From: Camelus dromedarius
Lineage: Eukaryota
Direction of reading: 5' to 3'
Assembly: GCF_036321535.1 (NCBI RefSeq)
Contig: NC_087437.1
Location: 67,644,001 to 67,708,000 of the forward strand
Length of the DNA: 64,000 bases
Numbering within the stretch: position 1 is the first letter of the stretch; each line of letters starts with the position of its first letter. Position numbers and translations under genes: made by a program. Under the pieces are notes generated by a model. That model worked only from the letters and a program-made list of their open reading frames with translations. It ran no database searches and was not told where the DNA came from. Of the stretch, positions 1-12,549 are shown piece by piece.

Positions 1-855
1 TAAATGAGGATTATAATACTGTTTTTATAGGGTGACTGAATGGAAGAGTTTATTTGTATTTTTATACTAAATGGCTAAAACAGTGCCTGGGACATAGTCT
101 TCACTAAGAATCATAATATTATTAATGTGCCTCAGTTTCTGAATTCACATTGCAGTTTCTTTTCTTTTATTGAGTATAAACTCTCTCCCTGGGGCCTTGA
201 TAACCTCCTTAGTTCTTCCCAGCCCCATTTCTCCAGGATCCGGGCCCTCCGTTTTTCTCCCTGCTTTAAAGTGGTTAATGCCCTGGCACTCAGGTTTGTC
301 TAAAAGTTTGATGCCAAATATTACCTCTTTCTGCATATTCTTAACACAGTGCCATCTTTTACCCCAAAGATCAGAGTCTATTATTGGTAACCAACTCTAG
401 ACCATCTAGAAGCTTGGACACTGGGCAGCTAGTTAATCTCTTCGAGGTCCAACCTGAAAAGTTTAGTTTTCTGGCCCCAGTCTTTCTAAATTTCTTATCA
501 TCTCTTCTCCCTGGAGATCTAAATTCAAAATCCCTCAGTTCATCACAGCCGAGGCAGCACAGTTAAATATTATAGGTGCAAAAATAGCCATAGGTATACA
601 TGAGAATATGGAAGCTATCAGCCCCAAGGAATGGTCCTGACTTCGTCCATTTCAACCACAGCAACACAAAGAACTTTGTTTCTGGCAGACAAAATAGAAA
701 ATGGCTAGGACTGTCATATCTAGATGCTTTTACTCATAGTAATTTTCTGTTAGACATGTCTGTCATAGAAACCTGATGCAAGAGCTTTTCACAATTGGCC
801 TATTGTAGGAACAGAGATTTAATCACATTAATATCTTAAGAGGACATCTTAAGGA

Positions 856-925
856 GGTGAGTCACTTAATCTTTCTGAACCTCAGTTTCCTCCTTTATGA
901 AGTGAGGATAAAATGATGAGCTAAT
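856..925 (+). mobile_element. MIR SINE core fragment
   Basis: gtgagtcacttaatctttctgaacctcagtttcctcctttatgaagtgaggataaaat resembles the MIR core (recalled consensus). Confidence 0.65.
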
Positions 926-1504
926 ATAATGAAAATAATTATGCAGTCATCAAGAGCAGAATTACAGGCTTAAAAGCTGTGGGAAACAGAAAGCAGAGAG
1001 GTAGCACGCTCCCTTGTCACAGTGTTGTCCTTGCCTCGTTTGAAACTAAAGAGACAGATGCAGAAAATGGTCCTACTCCCCGTGAAGGGCCAAGAAAAAT
1101 CAAATTGAAAGGTAGAAAATAGATGGCAGCGTGGCCTCCCTCACTTCCCTCTGAGTTTCTCAGAACTCACTGAGAAACTTTCCTTTGACTCATTTTGTGC
1201 TAACTTTAATATGAGCCTTTGTTACTTGGGGCTTTCACACCAGGACTACTAGAGAGCCTTTTACTTTTCAAGTCTTTTCTTTTAAAAAAAAAAATCTCCA
1301 TAATGCTGCTTCATCCTTCCAGCTAAGTTTTGCCTGTTCCTATATTTGATCCTACTTCTCTTTGTTGTTGAGGTCATTGCTCATTGGTGAGCTAGGCATG
1401 GCTGACAGCTGCCTGAGTTTGTTGAGCACCTGTGCTGTGCTCAGGTCTGTGCCAGGTGCTGGAGTGTTAGAGAAGGAATATAAGGGGCTAACCGTTGGGT
1501 TGTA

Positions 1505-1620
1505 AGGTGATTGTCTGCATTTTACAAATGAGCGATCTGGGGCTCAGGGTCATAGCTAGTACAGGGAAAAACTGGGACTTGACTCCAAGACTATGTGACT
1601 CCAAAGACCCTGGGCTAAGG
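1505..1620 (-). mobile_element. MIR SINE fragment
   Basis: cattttacaaatgag...gggctcagggtcatagctagt...gggacttgactccaagactatgtgactccaaag is the MIR core in reverse. Confidence 0.65.
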
Positions 1621-3018
1621 ATATGCTTTGCCATGTGTATGATGCAAGAGGAAACCAGGTTGACCAGGAGACGTTGCTGAAAGTAGTCAGAAATTGGGTA
1701 GGAATGAAGTAAAGTTGCTTATTTCCAAGTCTGCACCCAGTCTGGCAGAGCATTTTAGATTTGGAGGAAACAGAGAACCCCTGAGTGTTTTAGATCTGGA
1801 GGAGAGTCTATAAGAAATGGTAATTAAAGCTGACACTTATAATGAGAAGCCAGAAAGGGAAGGGCAAGGTTATATTAGGGGACATTGTTGCTATAATCTA
1901 GCCACAGAAAGATGAGTGCCTGGACTGGGTACTGAGAGTAAAAATGGAGAGACATGGATTTATGGCATTTCAGAGAAAGGAAATACATTTTATAATTTAC
2001 AGCTGACTAGTAGGGGAGTGGTGTGGTGAAGGAAAGGACTTAGTCAAAGGTAATTGCTAGGTTTGAATGTAACAGACAGAAGAAGAGTGGAGACCCTGAT
2101 CTAGAGAGAAGTTGAAAGGAAATCAGTATTGACAGGATTTTGCCTAAGGAAGAAGGAATGGTGACTTATTTGCAGGCCTGCTTCATTCGGTAGGATAGTG
2201 AGATGTTCGAGAAGTATTAAGTGGGTACTATAATGGGAAAGAACATGATCTCTGAAAAGAGTGGAATATTAAAAAGAACAAGAGGATCAACATTGAGCAT
2301 TTGGATGATCATGTTGAGAAGGAGGGAGAAAAAGAGCTAGTACGGGGCAGAGAGGAATCTATTAGAAAAAGAAACAAGACTAGCCAAGGAGGAAAGTTCA
2401 AGAAAGAAATGTTGACCACAATTTGCTCTTAAATATTGAAGACTATCCTGCAGAAAGCAGTGTACTTCATCTCTGATGTGGTCTCCTTCCCCCTGGTGCT
2501 TACAATTCAGTAAGTGAAAAAGGCAGCAAAGCACTGAGGCATAGAGCACTGAGGGATGGGGCAAAGTGGGAGTAGAAGCAGCAAATGTGAGAGAAGGGGG
2601 TAGGAATCGAGCCAAACATGGCATTTTTTAGCAGTGTCAAATATGAGAGGTAAGGATCACTATTAGTTCTGGCAAAAAGTGACAGGAGTTGGGAGGCTGC
2701 TGAACTCAATACCTATTGAGGGCAGTAGGCAGACTGCTCCAAGCCAGTGAAGAAGTTAGGTTCGAGACCATTCTGGCCACTTGGAGGCCTGTTCATGGTG
2801 GAAGGGAGTGAAATTAATATTAACCAGGGGCTAAAGGTCAGAAGCTTCTGGGAGGAAGTGACTGTGGAAGTAGTGACTGACCAGCTAGAGAGGGAGGTGG
2901 TGGGTTAGGCAGGAATGTGGTGTGGTGGATGGACTGAGGGTTGACTTTAGAGAGGAGGAGGGGACATTCCATCCTCTGTTTTGGAAACAAAGGATATGAA
3001 ATTGGGCAGATGGGAAAT

Positions 3019-3330
3019 AAGAGCAACTTTTTTTTTTTCTAAATTGAAGTATAGTTGATTGTTGTGTTAGTTTCTGGTATACAGCACAGTGATTCAGTTA
3101 TACATACATACATTCTTTTTCATAGTCTTCTTCATTATAGGTCATTACAAGATACTGAGTATAGTTCTCTGTGCTATACAGTAGGTCCTTGTTGTTTATC
3201 TGTTTTATATGTAGTAGTTTGTATCTGCTAATCCCAAACTCCTAATTTATCCCCCACATTTTCCCTTTGGTAACCATAAATTTGTTTTCTATGTCTGTGA
3301 GTCTCTTTCTGTTAGATAAAGATGATATGG

Positions 3331-3390
<60 letters not shown>

Positions 3391-3524
3391 AATTCTGCTC
3401 ATCCATAAGAAATGAGATAATGCCATTTGCAGCAACATGGATTGACCTAAAGATTATCATACTAAGTGAAGTGGGACAGACAAAGACAAGTATCATATGA
3501 TACCACTTACAAGGGCAACTTTTT
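3019..3524 (-). mobile_element. 5'-truncated, 5'-inverted L1 (cetartiodactyl-type 3' end) with TSD
   Basis: Poly-T at 3028-3038, antisense L1 3'UTR to ~3313, then sense L1 ORF2 end at 3314-3510 (PFAATWIDLKIIILSEV). Flanked by aagagcaacttttt (3019-3032) and aagggcaacttttt (3511-3524). Confidence 0.88.
3335..3386 (+). repeat. (CA)26 microsatellite inside the L1
   Basis: Pure CA run, read directly. Confidence 0.97.
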
Positions 3525-5047
3525 GAATGCCTATGGTATGGTCATGATTTTCCCATATAGCTAGGAAGAAAGACTGTCATCTTTTGAAGTCTAGGGCATG
3601 AAGAGGTCTAGGGCGTCTTTTGAGGTTCTGGGTGGCCGCGGTGGGGCAGGCATTGAGAAGAGCTGCTTGAAGCATTATGGGAGGCTACTTAGAACAAAAG
3701 TTTTTACTGGAAAGTGGAAGTTAAAATAAGCAAAGAATATGTCCTTCAAGACCAGGTGTTTTGGGTTTGTCGTCTTCTAGCAGCACTCAGAACATAGGTA
3801 GGAGTAGAGATGGTACCCACTGGGGGTTGATTGAGGGTTAGGGTAGCACATTTTTCAAAAGACAGCCAGACACTGTGGGAGCCTTGGCTGAGGCAGTGGC
3901 AATGGAGAGGACGCTGGCTGTTGTCACCAGGCTGGTGCTGACTGGTTAGCAGGACTGGCCTAATGGAACCACTGCAGCGGGACATGTGAGTTCACTGAAC
4001 ACAAGTAGCTGACTCATAGGGATGAGCGGGGAGTGGAAGATAGGACAGGTGAAGAGGTTGAGGGGGAGAAAAACAAAACTAGACCCAAGTGTTGGATGAT
4101 TCGAAAACCCACTGTCCGGGTCCTTAAGAGTGAATCCTCCAACTTTTCTCCTGTTGATAAATGGGGAGATTGTCAGGATTACTGTATATACTTGAGGGAG
4201 GAGGCAGTCTTTCCTCTCTGTTCTTTTCTTCCTTTTTATTTTTATTATTTTCCTTGTCAGTATTTAATTGCCACCTTTATTTCCTTTGAGAGCCAAGACA
4301 TCTGCTCTCCCAGTTGAGAGGTACAGTGCATGGAAAAGACAAAGAAAAGATGAATACATTTTGCTCCCCCATGAGTCACTTTCTCCTCCTCCTCCCCCCT
4401 CTCCTTTTAATTATTCGCCACCATCCTTTTCCTTTATTCACATATTCTCTCATCTCAGTGTTCATGTCACATTGTTATTCTTAACTCATAGCCACTGGAG
4501 GGGAGAGAGGGCTGTCTAAGACCTAAAATATGGAGGTTGCCAATTTATAATCCACGTATGTAAAACAGAGCTCAGCAGTGCTTCCTCTGGCCTCTTCAGT
4601 GCCACCCCTGGATGTTACACCAGAGCTAAGCACAAGGACAGGGAAGTTTTCCATTAGCCTCTCAGTCTTTCTTTCCCTCCCACAGATGAAAGACCTTTGA
4701 GCACAGACATTCATAAATTAAAGTGTGTCGTTAATTATTCTTAGACACTAGAAGCAGTTCTTTCAAACAGAACATATATTAGTCTTCAAAGAGCGGTTCT
4801 ATTCCTAGCTGTTTAACACTAACTCATCAGTGATTTTCTAAAGACGAAACAAGAGACTTAGAAAATAATAAATATAAATATGTAGAAGAGTTTCTTCATG
4901 GTGTAAACCAAATGTCCCATTTTTTTGAAGACTGTTGGGGGTATATTTATGTGACTAAAAGCAATTGAACAGTAATAAAAAGCAGTGGTTAGTCTGGGGT
5001 AAATCAGAATAGAGAATGGGCCATTTCTTCCTAAAGCACTAGTATCT

Positions 5048-5137
5048 TCTCTCTCTTTCTCTCTTTCATAAATGGGTTTACATATACATATATGTATATA
5101 GTTATCTATCTGTCTGTCTGCCTACCTGTCTGTCTGC

Positions 5138-5174
<37 letters not shown>
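5048..5174 (+). repeat. Compound simple repeat: (TC)n, TA-rich, (TGTC)n
   Basis: Read directly; imperfect TGTC array at 5103-5174. Confidence 0.9.
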
Positions 5175-5204
5175 ATCTTGTTGGTGATTTCCTTCCTTTA
5201 TCCA

Positions 5205-5300
5205 GTCATTTACTCAACACTTATTGAGCACTGTGCTAAGTTCTGAAGACTCAAAGGTGGATGAGACATGGTCTCTGCTCTCAAAAGCTCACAGATGACA
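5205..5300 (-). mobile_element. L2 3' end
   Basis: catttactcaacacttattgagcactgtgctaagttctg...gagacatggtctctgctctcaaaagctcaca is a typical antisense L2 tail. Confidence 0.7.
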
Positions 5301-5399
5301 AAACAACTACGAATTCAATTTTTTAAAGCCATCGTGGAAGATCAAGAATAGTGACCCCAGTGTAGCAATACAGTGGGTAGCTTCCTAGGGCAGGTCTGC

Positions 5400-5432
5400 T
5401 GCCATACCCAGAGTCTCCAGAAGGTGGCGTCC
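5400..5432 (+). promoter_or_regulatory. Candidate CTCF site (core plus upstream module)
   Basis: Core CCAGAAGGTGGCGTC at 5417-5431, preceded by TGCCATACCC (5400-5409) with a 7-nt gap. Motif match only. Confidence 0.55.
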
Positions 5433-5816
5433 ATCATCTTGATCCATGTACTGCCCTCTAGTTTCTGTTCTCTGCAGTCTCAAGGCCTGATGTCAACTGA
5501 CTAGCCCACCACAAACACATCTGTCCCTAGAGTAGGCTCGTAGCTTGACCTCACAGAGATAGACAGTAGCAGAGAAAGCCAGCAAGAAATACAGCCATCA
5601 GGGAAACAAACACTCCTGCCCTCTAGTCAGCTTGTTCACCTCCCTGAAGGGGAGATGCATGGAACTTCATAGCACAGTCAGAAGACTGAGGATTTGGGCT
5701 GTCGATGCTCTGATGCATTAAATGATGGTTTCATGTTTTACACCCCAGAGAATGCTTTCATTTTCCTCCAGGGTTCTAGAGGACCCCTGTTTCCTTCCTT
5801 TCTCATGCTGTTGACA

Positions 5817-5975
5817 GCAGTGCTTCTCAGTGTGCAGGCACTTCACTGTAATACAGTTTTGTGGGACCACCTCAGACTTACTAAGTCAGAATAACTGGGT
5901 AATGGGTCCTGGAAGCAATTTTTTAAACAATTTTTCCAGATCATTCTTATATACACTAAAGTATGAGAAACAGTC
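5817..5975. mobile_element. MER5A-like hAT-Charlie MITE
   Basis: cagtgcttctca...ccacctcagacttactaagtcagaa...ttaaacaatttttccagatcattcttatatacactaaagtatgagaaacagt. Confidence 0.7.
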
Positions 5976-7974
5976 CTTAAAAAACAATGATGGAAATACG
6001 CCTTTTACCAGGGCTTGTTCTAGAGCAACCCAGGTACTACTGGAGACAGACACATTGCAAAGTGGAGAAATTAGAAAATTGTCCAGTCAATCTTGGCTGC
6101 ATATTCCAGCAATATATTCCCTTGATCTTGCCTTGAGCCTCAGAGGAGAATACCTATATCCCAATGTCAGCAAGGCCAAAAATAAATAAGGCAGAGTTTA
6201 TAAAGACATACCAAAGTCAATGTGGAGAGGATGCCAAATTCTACTTTTGGGGGAACAAACCTGGAGTCAGGATTGGGACATACTTGGATATCCTAGTACA
6301 ACGCACATAATTTAGGCAGAGAATGGCACACCTTGCAAACTATAAGAGAATATCCCATATTAAAGCTGGCAGGGTCTGACCAAAGAGGCAAGGCAAGATA
6401 TTAAGAAACTGTCAAGCAGGTGGATTATTATGGAAGTAATTCAGTGTGTCACAGCCCATTTTGAAGTAAGGCCTATGGGTTGCATTCCAGAACATCAAAT
6501 GCACCACATTACAAATCTGACATTTATGTCATCAGACTCATTCTCCTGTCTTGAGATTTTCTCTTCCCTCTTCATAAACATCATTTCCAATCTTGCCCTG
6601 CTGTTTTCCTTGCCTTGCCTTGCTCTGCTATTTTCAAAGCCAGGTGGGCCTCCACAGCCTGTTGCTGTAGACTTCACACCAATGATTCACTGGCAGCTGA
6701 GAGTCAGGCGTCCAATTTGTAGCATGTGTCCAAGACACCATTTCCAGTTTGTCACAGTACATTCTAATAAGAGTAAGTTTTGTGCAGTGCTTAAGTCTCC
6801 TGAACTTTGAATGAGCAAAAGTAAACACATTAAGTGAAGGTTTTATCACCACAACTCTTGTGGGTCAGGTTTCCTAGGGAATGATGGGGAATAATTGAAT
6901 CCTCTGTTCCCTTATCGTGCTATTTTTGCGTCTTAGCGGCATGTTGCCTGTCTATCATTTCTAAAAGTACTCAACCTCTGGAAAACCTTTCCTCCAATTA
7001 CGGGATTGCAGGACTGCTATCTTTTCCCTTCTGTGGAGAGGAGCGCCATTGAGACCAAAGGGGAGTGACTGCCTTCTTGGTGATATTCGGAAAAATAGAG
7101 CAGTGACAGTAATAACCCTATGTAATGACGTATGTCAGTGTTGCCCACTTAAAGCAGCCTCAAAATGTGAAGGCATGGAACAGCGCTTGGAAATGAGCTC
7201 AACTGTCTTGGCAATGATTTACTATTCTAAGAAAAAGATGATAGCAGAAATCCATTTGAAATGTTTTTGACACTGGGAATGCATTAGGAGCAGGGGTGAA
7301 TGTTCCTTATTGTCAAAAGGCTGTAGCTCTTTCCCGCAGCTCATGGTACAGAGTTATTTAACATGCATGGTGAGAGAAGGATCATTAAGTCCTTTGTTTG
7401 ATTTGTCTCTTATCAAGGGAAAAGGACAATGGTTGCTTCAGGGGATCCAGTGTTGTGAGAGACTTGGAACTCTACCTGGGAGCTTGAAACAGATGTAGAG
7501 ACCCTGACTTACACTCCATCTCAGAGTTCTTTCCATGTAGACATATAAAATCAAGATACTCACAGAAAGAAGCAAACAAAAACTACTGTCTTTTCATGTT
7601 GTAGGTTAGAAGGAAGGGAACTTAGAAGAGATTTTATCTAGTAGAGAAGTTTCTGTGAACCATCAAGTATTTCTTGCTATTGATCTGTCAGTACGGTAGG
7701 AATCATCCTCCTCACTCCTACCCCTGTCTCGGGACCAGATCTCCTCTTAGGGTTAATTTATAATAAACTGATCTATCCAGAGTGTGAGACTCATTGGATT
7801 TACTTGTGGGAATATTCCGTTTTATATCAGAAATCATGCAAGATGTCATTTTTTTTTAATGGCATTTTATTTTCTGATTATATGTTTTGGAAAATATGAT
7901 TTCACAGAACATATGAAAGAGGAAATACAATATCATTACTCAGAGATTGCCAAGCTAATATTTTGCTATACTTT

Positions 7975-8103
7975 GGCATATAAAGATATATAACACATAA
8001 AGGATGCACATATAGATATGTGTATGCATATACATATATAGATATGTGCATATAAATAAAAAGATAAATATCTGTGCATATATGTGTGCATGTTATATAT
8101 ATA
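7975..8103. repeat. Low-complexity TA/TG/CA tract
   Basis: Read directly. Confidence 0.8.
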
Positions 8104-8358
8104 AAATTGGGTTCTTATACAGTAAGCATAATTTTGTGTTGGTTTTGCTTAAATTGTATAAATCTCTGATATCATTAGATAAACTATAAAGATGAATTTG
8201 GGTTTTTTTTAATCTACATAATATTCTGTAGTTTCGACATGTCACAATATATCTTGCTGTTCCTTCAGAATATTTTTTAAAAATAAGTACCATGTAGGGC
8301 ACACCTTTAATAGACCTTCTGTTTTGTGATTTTGCATTTCTCCTTTGTTTTTGGTGGG

Positions 8359-8986
8359 CGTGCTAAGCAGAATAAGGCCCCCTCCCAAAGATATCCACGC
8401 CCTCATCCCTGGAATCTGTGGCTGTTTTACACCATGTGGCAAAAAGGAATTTGCAAATGTAATTAATGTTAAGAAACCTTAAAATAGGGAAATTATCCTG
8501 GATTATTCAGGTGGGCACAATGCAATCACATGAGCCCTTAGCAACTGAGAACTGTATCTGGCTGGAAGCAAAAAAGAAATGTGGTAGAAGGAGAAGTTAG
8601 AGATATTCCAAACTTGAGGAGGGTTGGACATGCTGTTGCTAGCTCTGACAACTAGGGACCCACGTACCAGGACTGGAGAGAGGCCTCTGGGAGCTGAGGG
8701 CAGCCCCCAGCTGACAGGCAGCGAGGAAAGAGGAATATCAGTCTTACAGCTGCAAGGAGCTGGATTCTCCCAGGAGTCAGAGTGAGCCTGGAAGTAGAGC
8801 CTCCCAGGGCCTTCCAAGAGCCTCCTGATAAGAAACAGGCCAGTCAACAACTTGATTTGGGCTTTCTGAAACCGAGAGCAGAGCCAACCTAGACTTCTGA
8901 ATACAGAACTGAGAAAATAAATTTGCATCATTTTAAGTTGCTAAGTTTGTGATAATTAATTACAGCAGTAATAGGAAACTAATAAC
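8359..8986 (+). mobile_element. Solo MaLR LTR, MLT1D/E-like
   Basis: Starts gcagaataaggccccctcccaaagatatccacgccctcatccctggaatctgtg and ends aataaatttg...ttttaagttgctaagtttgtg...acagcagtaataggaaactaata. About 630 bp. Confidence 0.9.
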
Positions 8987-11029
8987 GTGGCCTAGAATAC
9001 ATTCTCTATTAATAATGAATTATTTTATTTTCATTTTTTAAACCTTCCAGATTGGGTCTTTGTGGACTTTGGAAATCAACTCTGTGAAGTTTTCGTATAT
9101 AAATCTAAATTTAATATATACACAATAAATGGGATAAAAAGTCTTAATACTGTAGTCATTTCAGCCAGAGTTATGCATGTTAAATTCCACCATGCAAGTC
9201 CATTAGAGGTTATTGACAGAGTTGTACTCTGTCACCCTGATTTGTGTGGAGTTGCTTTTAATGAAACTTTCTGATGAACTGTTTAATCCTGAAGTGGTGA
9301 TATTAACAAATATAACATGAAATCTATTAATCGGTTGACTTTTAAGGCTTACGTTAAAAGGGACTCTAGTTTATAATGACTTTTATTTTATTCACGTCCC
9401 TATTTCATTGGCACTTAGAAGGGTTCTAGCAGAGTAAGTTGTCTAAAGGAAATACTCTTCTTAACATCTTTCTTTTCTGGAAGCCTTGTGAATTTTTCTG
9501 TGAAACAATTGAAAATATATGAATTACTCCTTTACATGTTGCTTAACTAATGGGAGCATGTTGTTAGGAAGACATTTTACCTTTTGCACAACATTATATA
9601 GGTAGAATCAGAACTTAGATTTTATCAGGAAATAATTTTCTATCCTGGGTCTTCTAAGAACTTTTACTTTAGGTGCAATTCACTCATGAGCCCACTCTTA
9701 AATAGCAGCCCTTGACACCCCCTAGGAAACTTGCAAAAAAAATAATATTTTAAAAGAACTGCTTTTTTCCTAAGAAAGATTTCTGTTATAATAAATGGAT
9801 TAAATTACAACTAAGGCTGTGCTGCCATCAGACACTGTTCTTTACAGACATTGCTTTATTCTTGCCTGGGCAAGCAAAGTTAAAATAAGGCAAAATCTTT
9901 CTCACTAACAAGACCTAAAATTCTGTCATTGAGAACTCTGCATTGGTTATGTACAAAAGAGAGTGTTTTCCAGAGCTAGAGAGAGAATGAACAAAAGGAG
10001 AGGCCCCAAGAGCAATGTTTCTGGTGAGGTGTTGGACAGTAAGGAGCCCAGCTTAAGTGAGAGAAGTTGGAAAAGATCTCATAAATGCTTTAGGATTGGG
10101 AGCAGGATGTGGCAAGCCAAAAAAAAAAAAAAAAAGGCAAGAAAAGGAGAGCCAATGACGACTATCCTATCAATTTTCACAGCTGCCATGAGATGGATGG
10201 TTTATTTCAGCGTCAGTGATTTCTGTCCAATGACATGTTCTCTACCTCCTTCACCTGCTCCCACTGTACACACGTTTTGTGAGCACCAACTACGTGTTTC
10301 GTAGCCTTTTGCCTCTGCCAATTGAGGTTGTTTCTCTTGCCATCTAATTGCAACATGCGTGCTAATTAGTGTTGCCCAGCATGGCTGCCACCTTCCTGCC
10401 CTGAGACTCCCCAGGCCAGATTCTGCTAAAACTCAGTGGGGTTCAGTGAAGTCAGAGGGGCCACAAACCTTAAGCATTGCTGGACTGCAGTCACCTTGTT
10501 CACATCCCTGTGTCCCTTGCTTCTCACATAATATGAAAGATTTAAGTCTCCTTTGCACTTCCTTTTTTGGATATTTTCTGCCTGCTGTATCTGACCAAAT
10601 ATTTCAGTCCTCACTTTTTCCCAAAGATCGTTTGCCTTTTAGAACCTATTTCAGGATTATTAAATTCCACTAAAGCCTTAATCTTTCTGTTCTTTCCATC
10701 CGTTGAAGGGCCTCAGCTGAAACTTGGAGTTCTGCAGATGCCACATTTTCTTCATTTACAGCAAGAAAAAACTACTCATTTCCCCTCATTCCATGTGCTT
10801 AAAGGTAAAGATGTAAAATAGGTGTCATCTTCTCTCCCCAGTTCACTGTAAGACAATTATGCAAAAAAATAAGCTTAAAGATGTAATTATGTTATAGTCA
10901 GCTTCAAGCTTTTTGCATATTTTATGCTCTTCCTTTCTTCATTCTGTCATCCAATAATTCCTCATCTCCCTACTTCATTTACTGAAACATTTCTTTCCTT
11001 GTTGCAAGTGTCTGTCCCTTCAAACCAAG

Positions 11030-11335
11030 TTCTACTCTCATCCTGAATAACTTCAAGTTCATAGTAGTAGACCCAGTCATCCAAGGCATCTTGGTTCTTT
11101 GATGTCCTCTTATCTCCTGACCTTGTCCCTTACATCTCTTCAGTGGTATCAGACTGTGTTGTCATTAGAAACCATCAGCATTTCTTACTTAAGTCATTGA
11201 ATACAGTGTCCCCTACCCCCTCTCTTTGCTTCCATGATGACTCTCCTCCAATCTGCTCTGCAAATTAGAGTAACCTTTTAAAAAGGAAAATAGAATCATG
11301 CCACTTATTTGTTTAAGACCCTTTGAAAGACTTGG
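11030..11335 (+). mobile_element. L2 fragments
   Basis: ctcatcctgaataacttcaa... and gagtaaccttttaaaaaggaaaatagaatcatgccacttatttgtttaagaccctt. Confidence 0.5.
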
Positions 11336-11354
11336 TGTTTTAGGTTTGATGTGT

Positions 11355-11550
11355 AAAGAGCTTGAAGGTCATCATTCTTGCCCTATCAAAAAAAAAAAAA
11401 AACCTAGACAAACTGAAAATCAGTGATGTTTCCTGGCCTCATGTTAGAACTGAGGCCATGAGGCAAACTGGCATCCTGAAATCTGGAGGGGACAGGCACG
11501 TCCAGAGAGATGCAGTCCTGCGTTTGCTTACCTGGAGTGAAAGCAGATGG
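11355..11550 (+). mobile_element. Old L1 (L1MC/MD-type) 5' end fragment
   Basis: agagcttgaaggtcatcattcttgccc...acaaactgaaaatcag...gaactgaggccatgaggcaaactggcatcctgaaatctggag. Confidence 0.65.
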
Positions 11551-12549
11551 ACTTCCTTTAATTAATTACACTGTAATTGGTAGATTCAATATTGAGTAAG
11601 ATTGGTGAAAATATAAATAATGGTATGAATAAAAATATATGCTAATAATATCTACATTGTCACATATTTTCTTAAGCTTAGATTTTTGTCTATTCCCATA
11701 TAGTCTCTGTCTTTACATGATATTTCCAGGCACTGGAATTTCTAACATCTCAGTTGACCTCTAGCTTCTTGGCAAGACACCTACGTTTCAAGCGCTTACT
11801 GTACTTTTTCTTGCTGTCAAAGTTAATTAAGAATTATTGATGGCATGGTTTCTCCAAGTCTTTGTTCAGCTTCACTAGATAGGCAATCCCTCTCATAAGA
11901 AAGAAAGTTCTTGTTAGTCTCAGGGAAGGCCTGAAATAGCATTTTGTCCAGATTTGTTCATTTCTTTCTTAGATGGAAAAAAAAAAAAAAAGGTGAGCCA
12001 GTGTCTCTTTTATCAGTTTGCTTACTTTTTTCCTAAACTCATGACCTTCCACTGGTGGGAAAAAAAGGGGGGACCTCATTTTTGTGACTAAGTTGCTAAT
12101 TCATTCAGCTTCCTTTCTCCTTTATCAGTGCTTAATTGAGAATATTTACCCCTATTTCTTTCAGTTTTGCAATCTGCTTAGACCAACTTGGTTTTCCTTT
12201 GACTGTTACAAATACGTCTGGCCGTGGAAAGATAATCACAGTGATTGCCTCACAGTGGCTATTTTAGTAACCATTCCTGACAAGTATTCCTGGCATACAG
12301 TGTCATGCAATAATTCACTCTGACAATACTTCCAAGAATTACTTCCACTTTTTTTTTTTTAAAAGAAAAGTTACTATACAGACCTATGTAATGTTAAAAT
12401 ACTTTTAGTGCAGTCTTCCCAGTAAAAATGAATACAACTGAAAGCTTCCTTATCTATTTCACAATTAGGCATCTTTTAAGACTTTTGAAAAGGCACCTCC
12501 TCCAGGCTCCACTGATAGTACTCAGTGTGCTCATGACATATTTTATGTC

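Larger units (their letters stand above)
1840..3620 (-). mobile_element. Heavily decayed L2 LINE fragments, interrupted by an L1 at 3019-3524
   Basis: Purine-rich segments resemble antisense L2 (attgttgctataatctagcc...gatgagtgcctggactggg; attttcccatatagctaggaagaaagactgtcatc). Boundaries are approximate. Confidence 0.5.

Noticed and set aside
6430..6810. 126-aa ORF with a nearby GTAAGT donor
   Set aside because: The product is unrecognisable and I found no convincing acceptor. The region is treated as candidate regulatory DNA instead.
8503..8931. 142-aa minus-strand ORF
   Set aside because: It lies entirely antisense within the MLT1 LTR.
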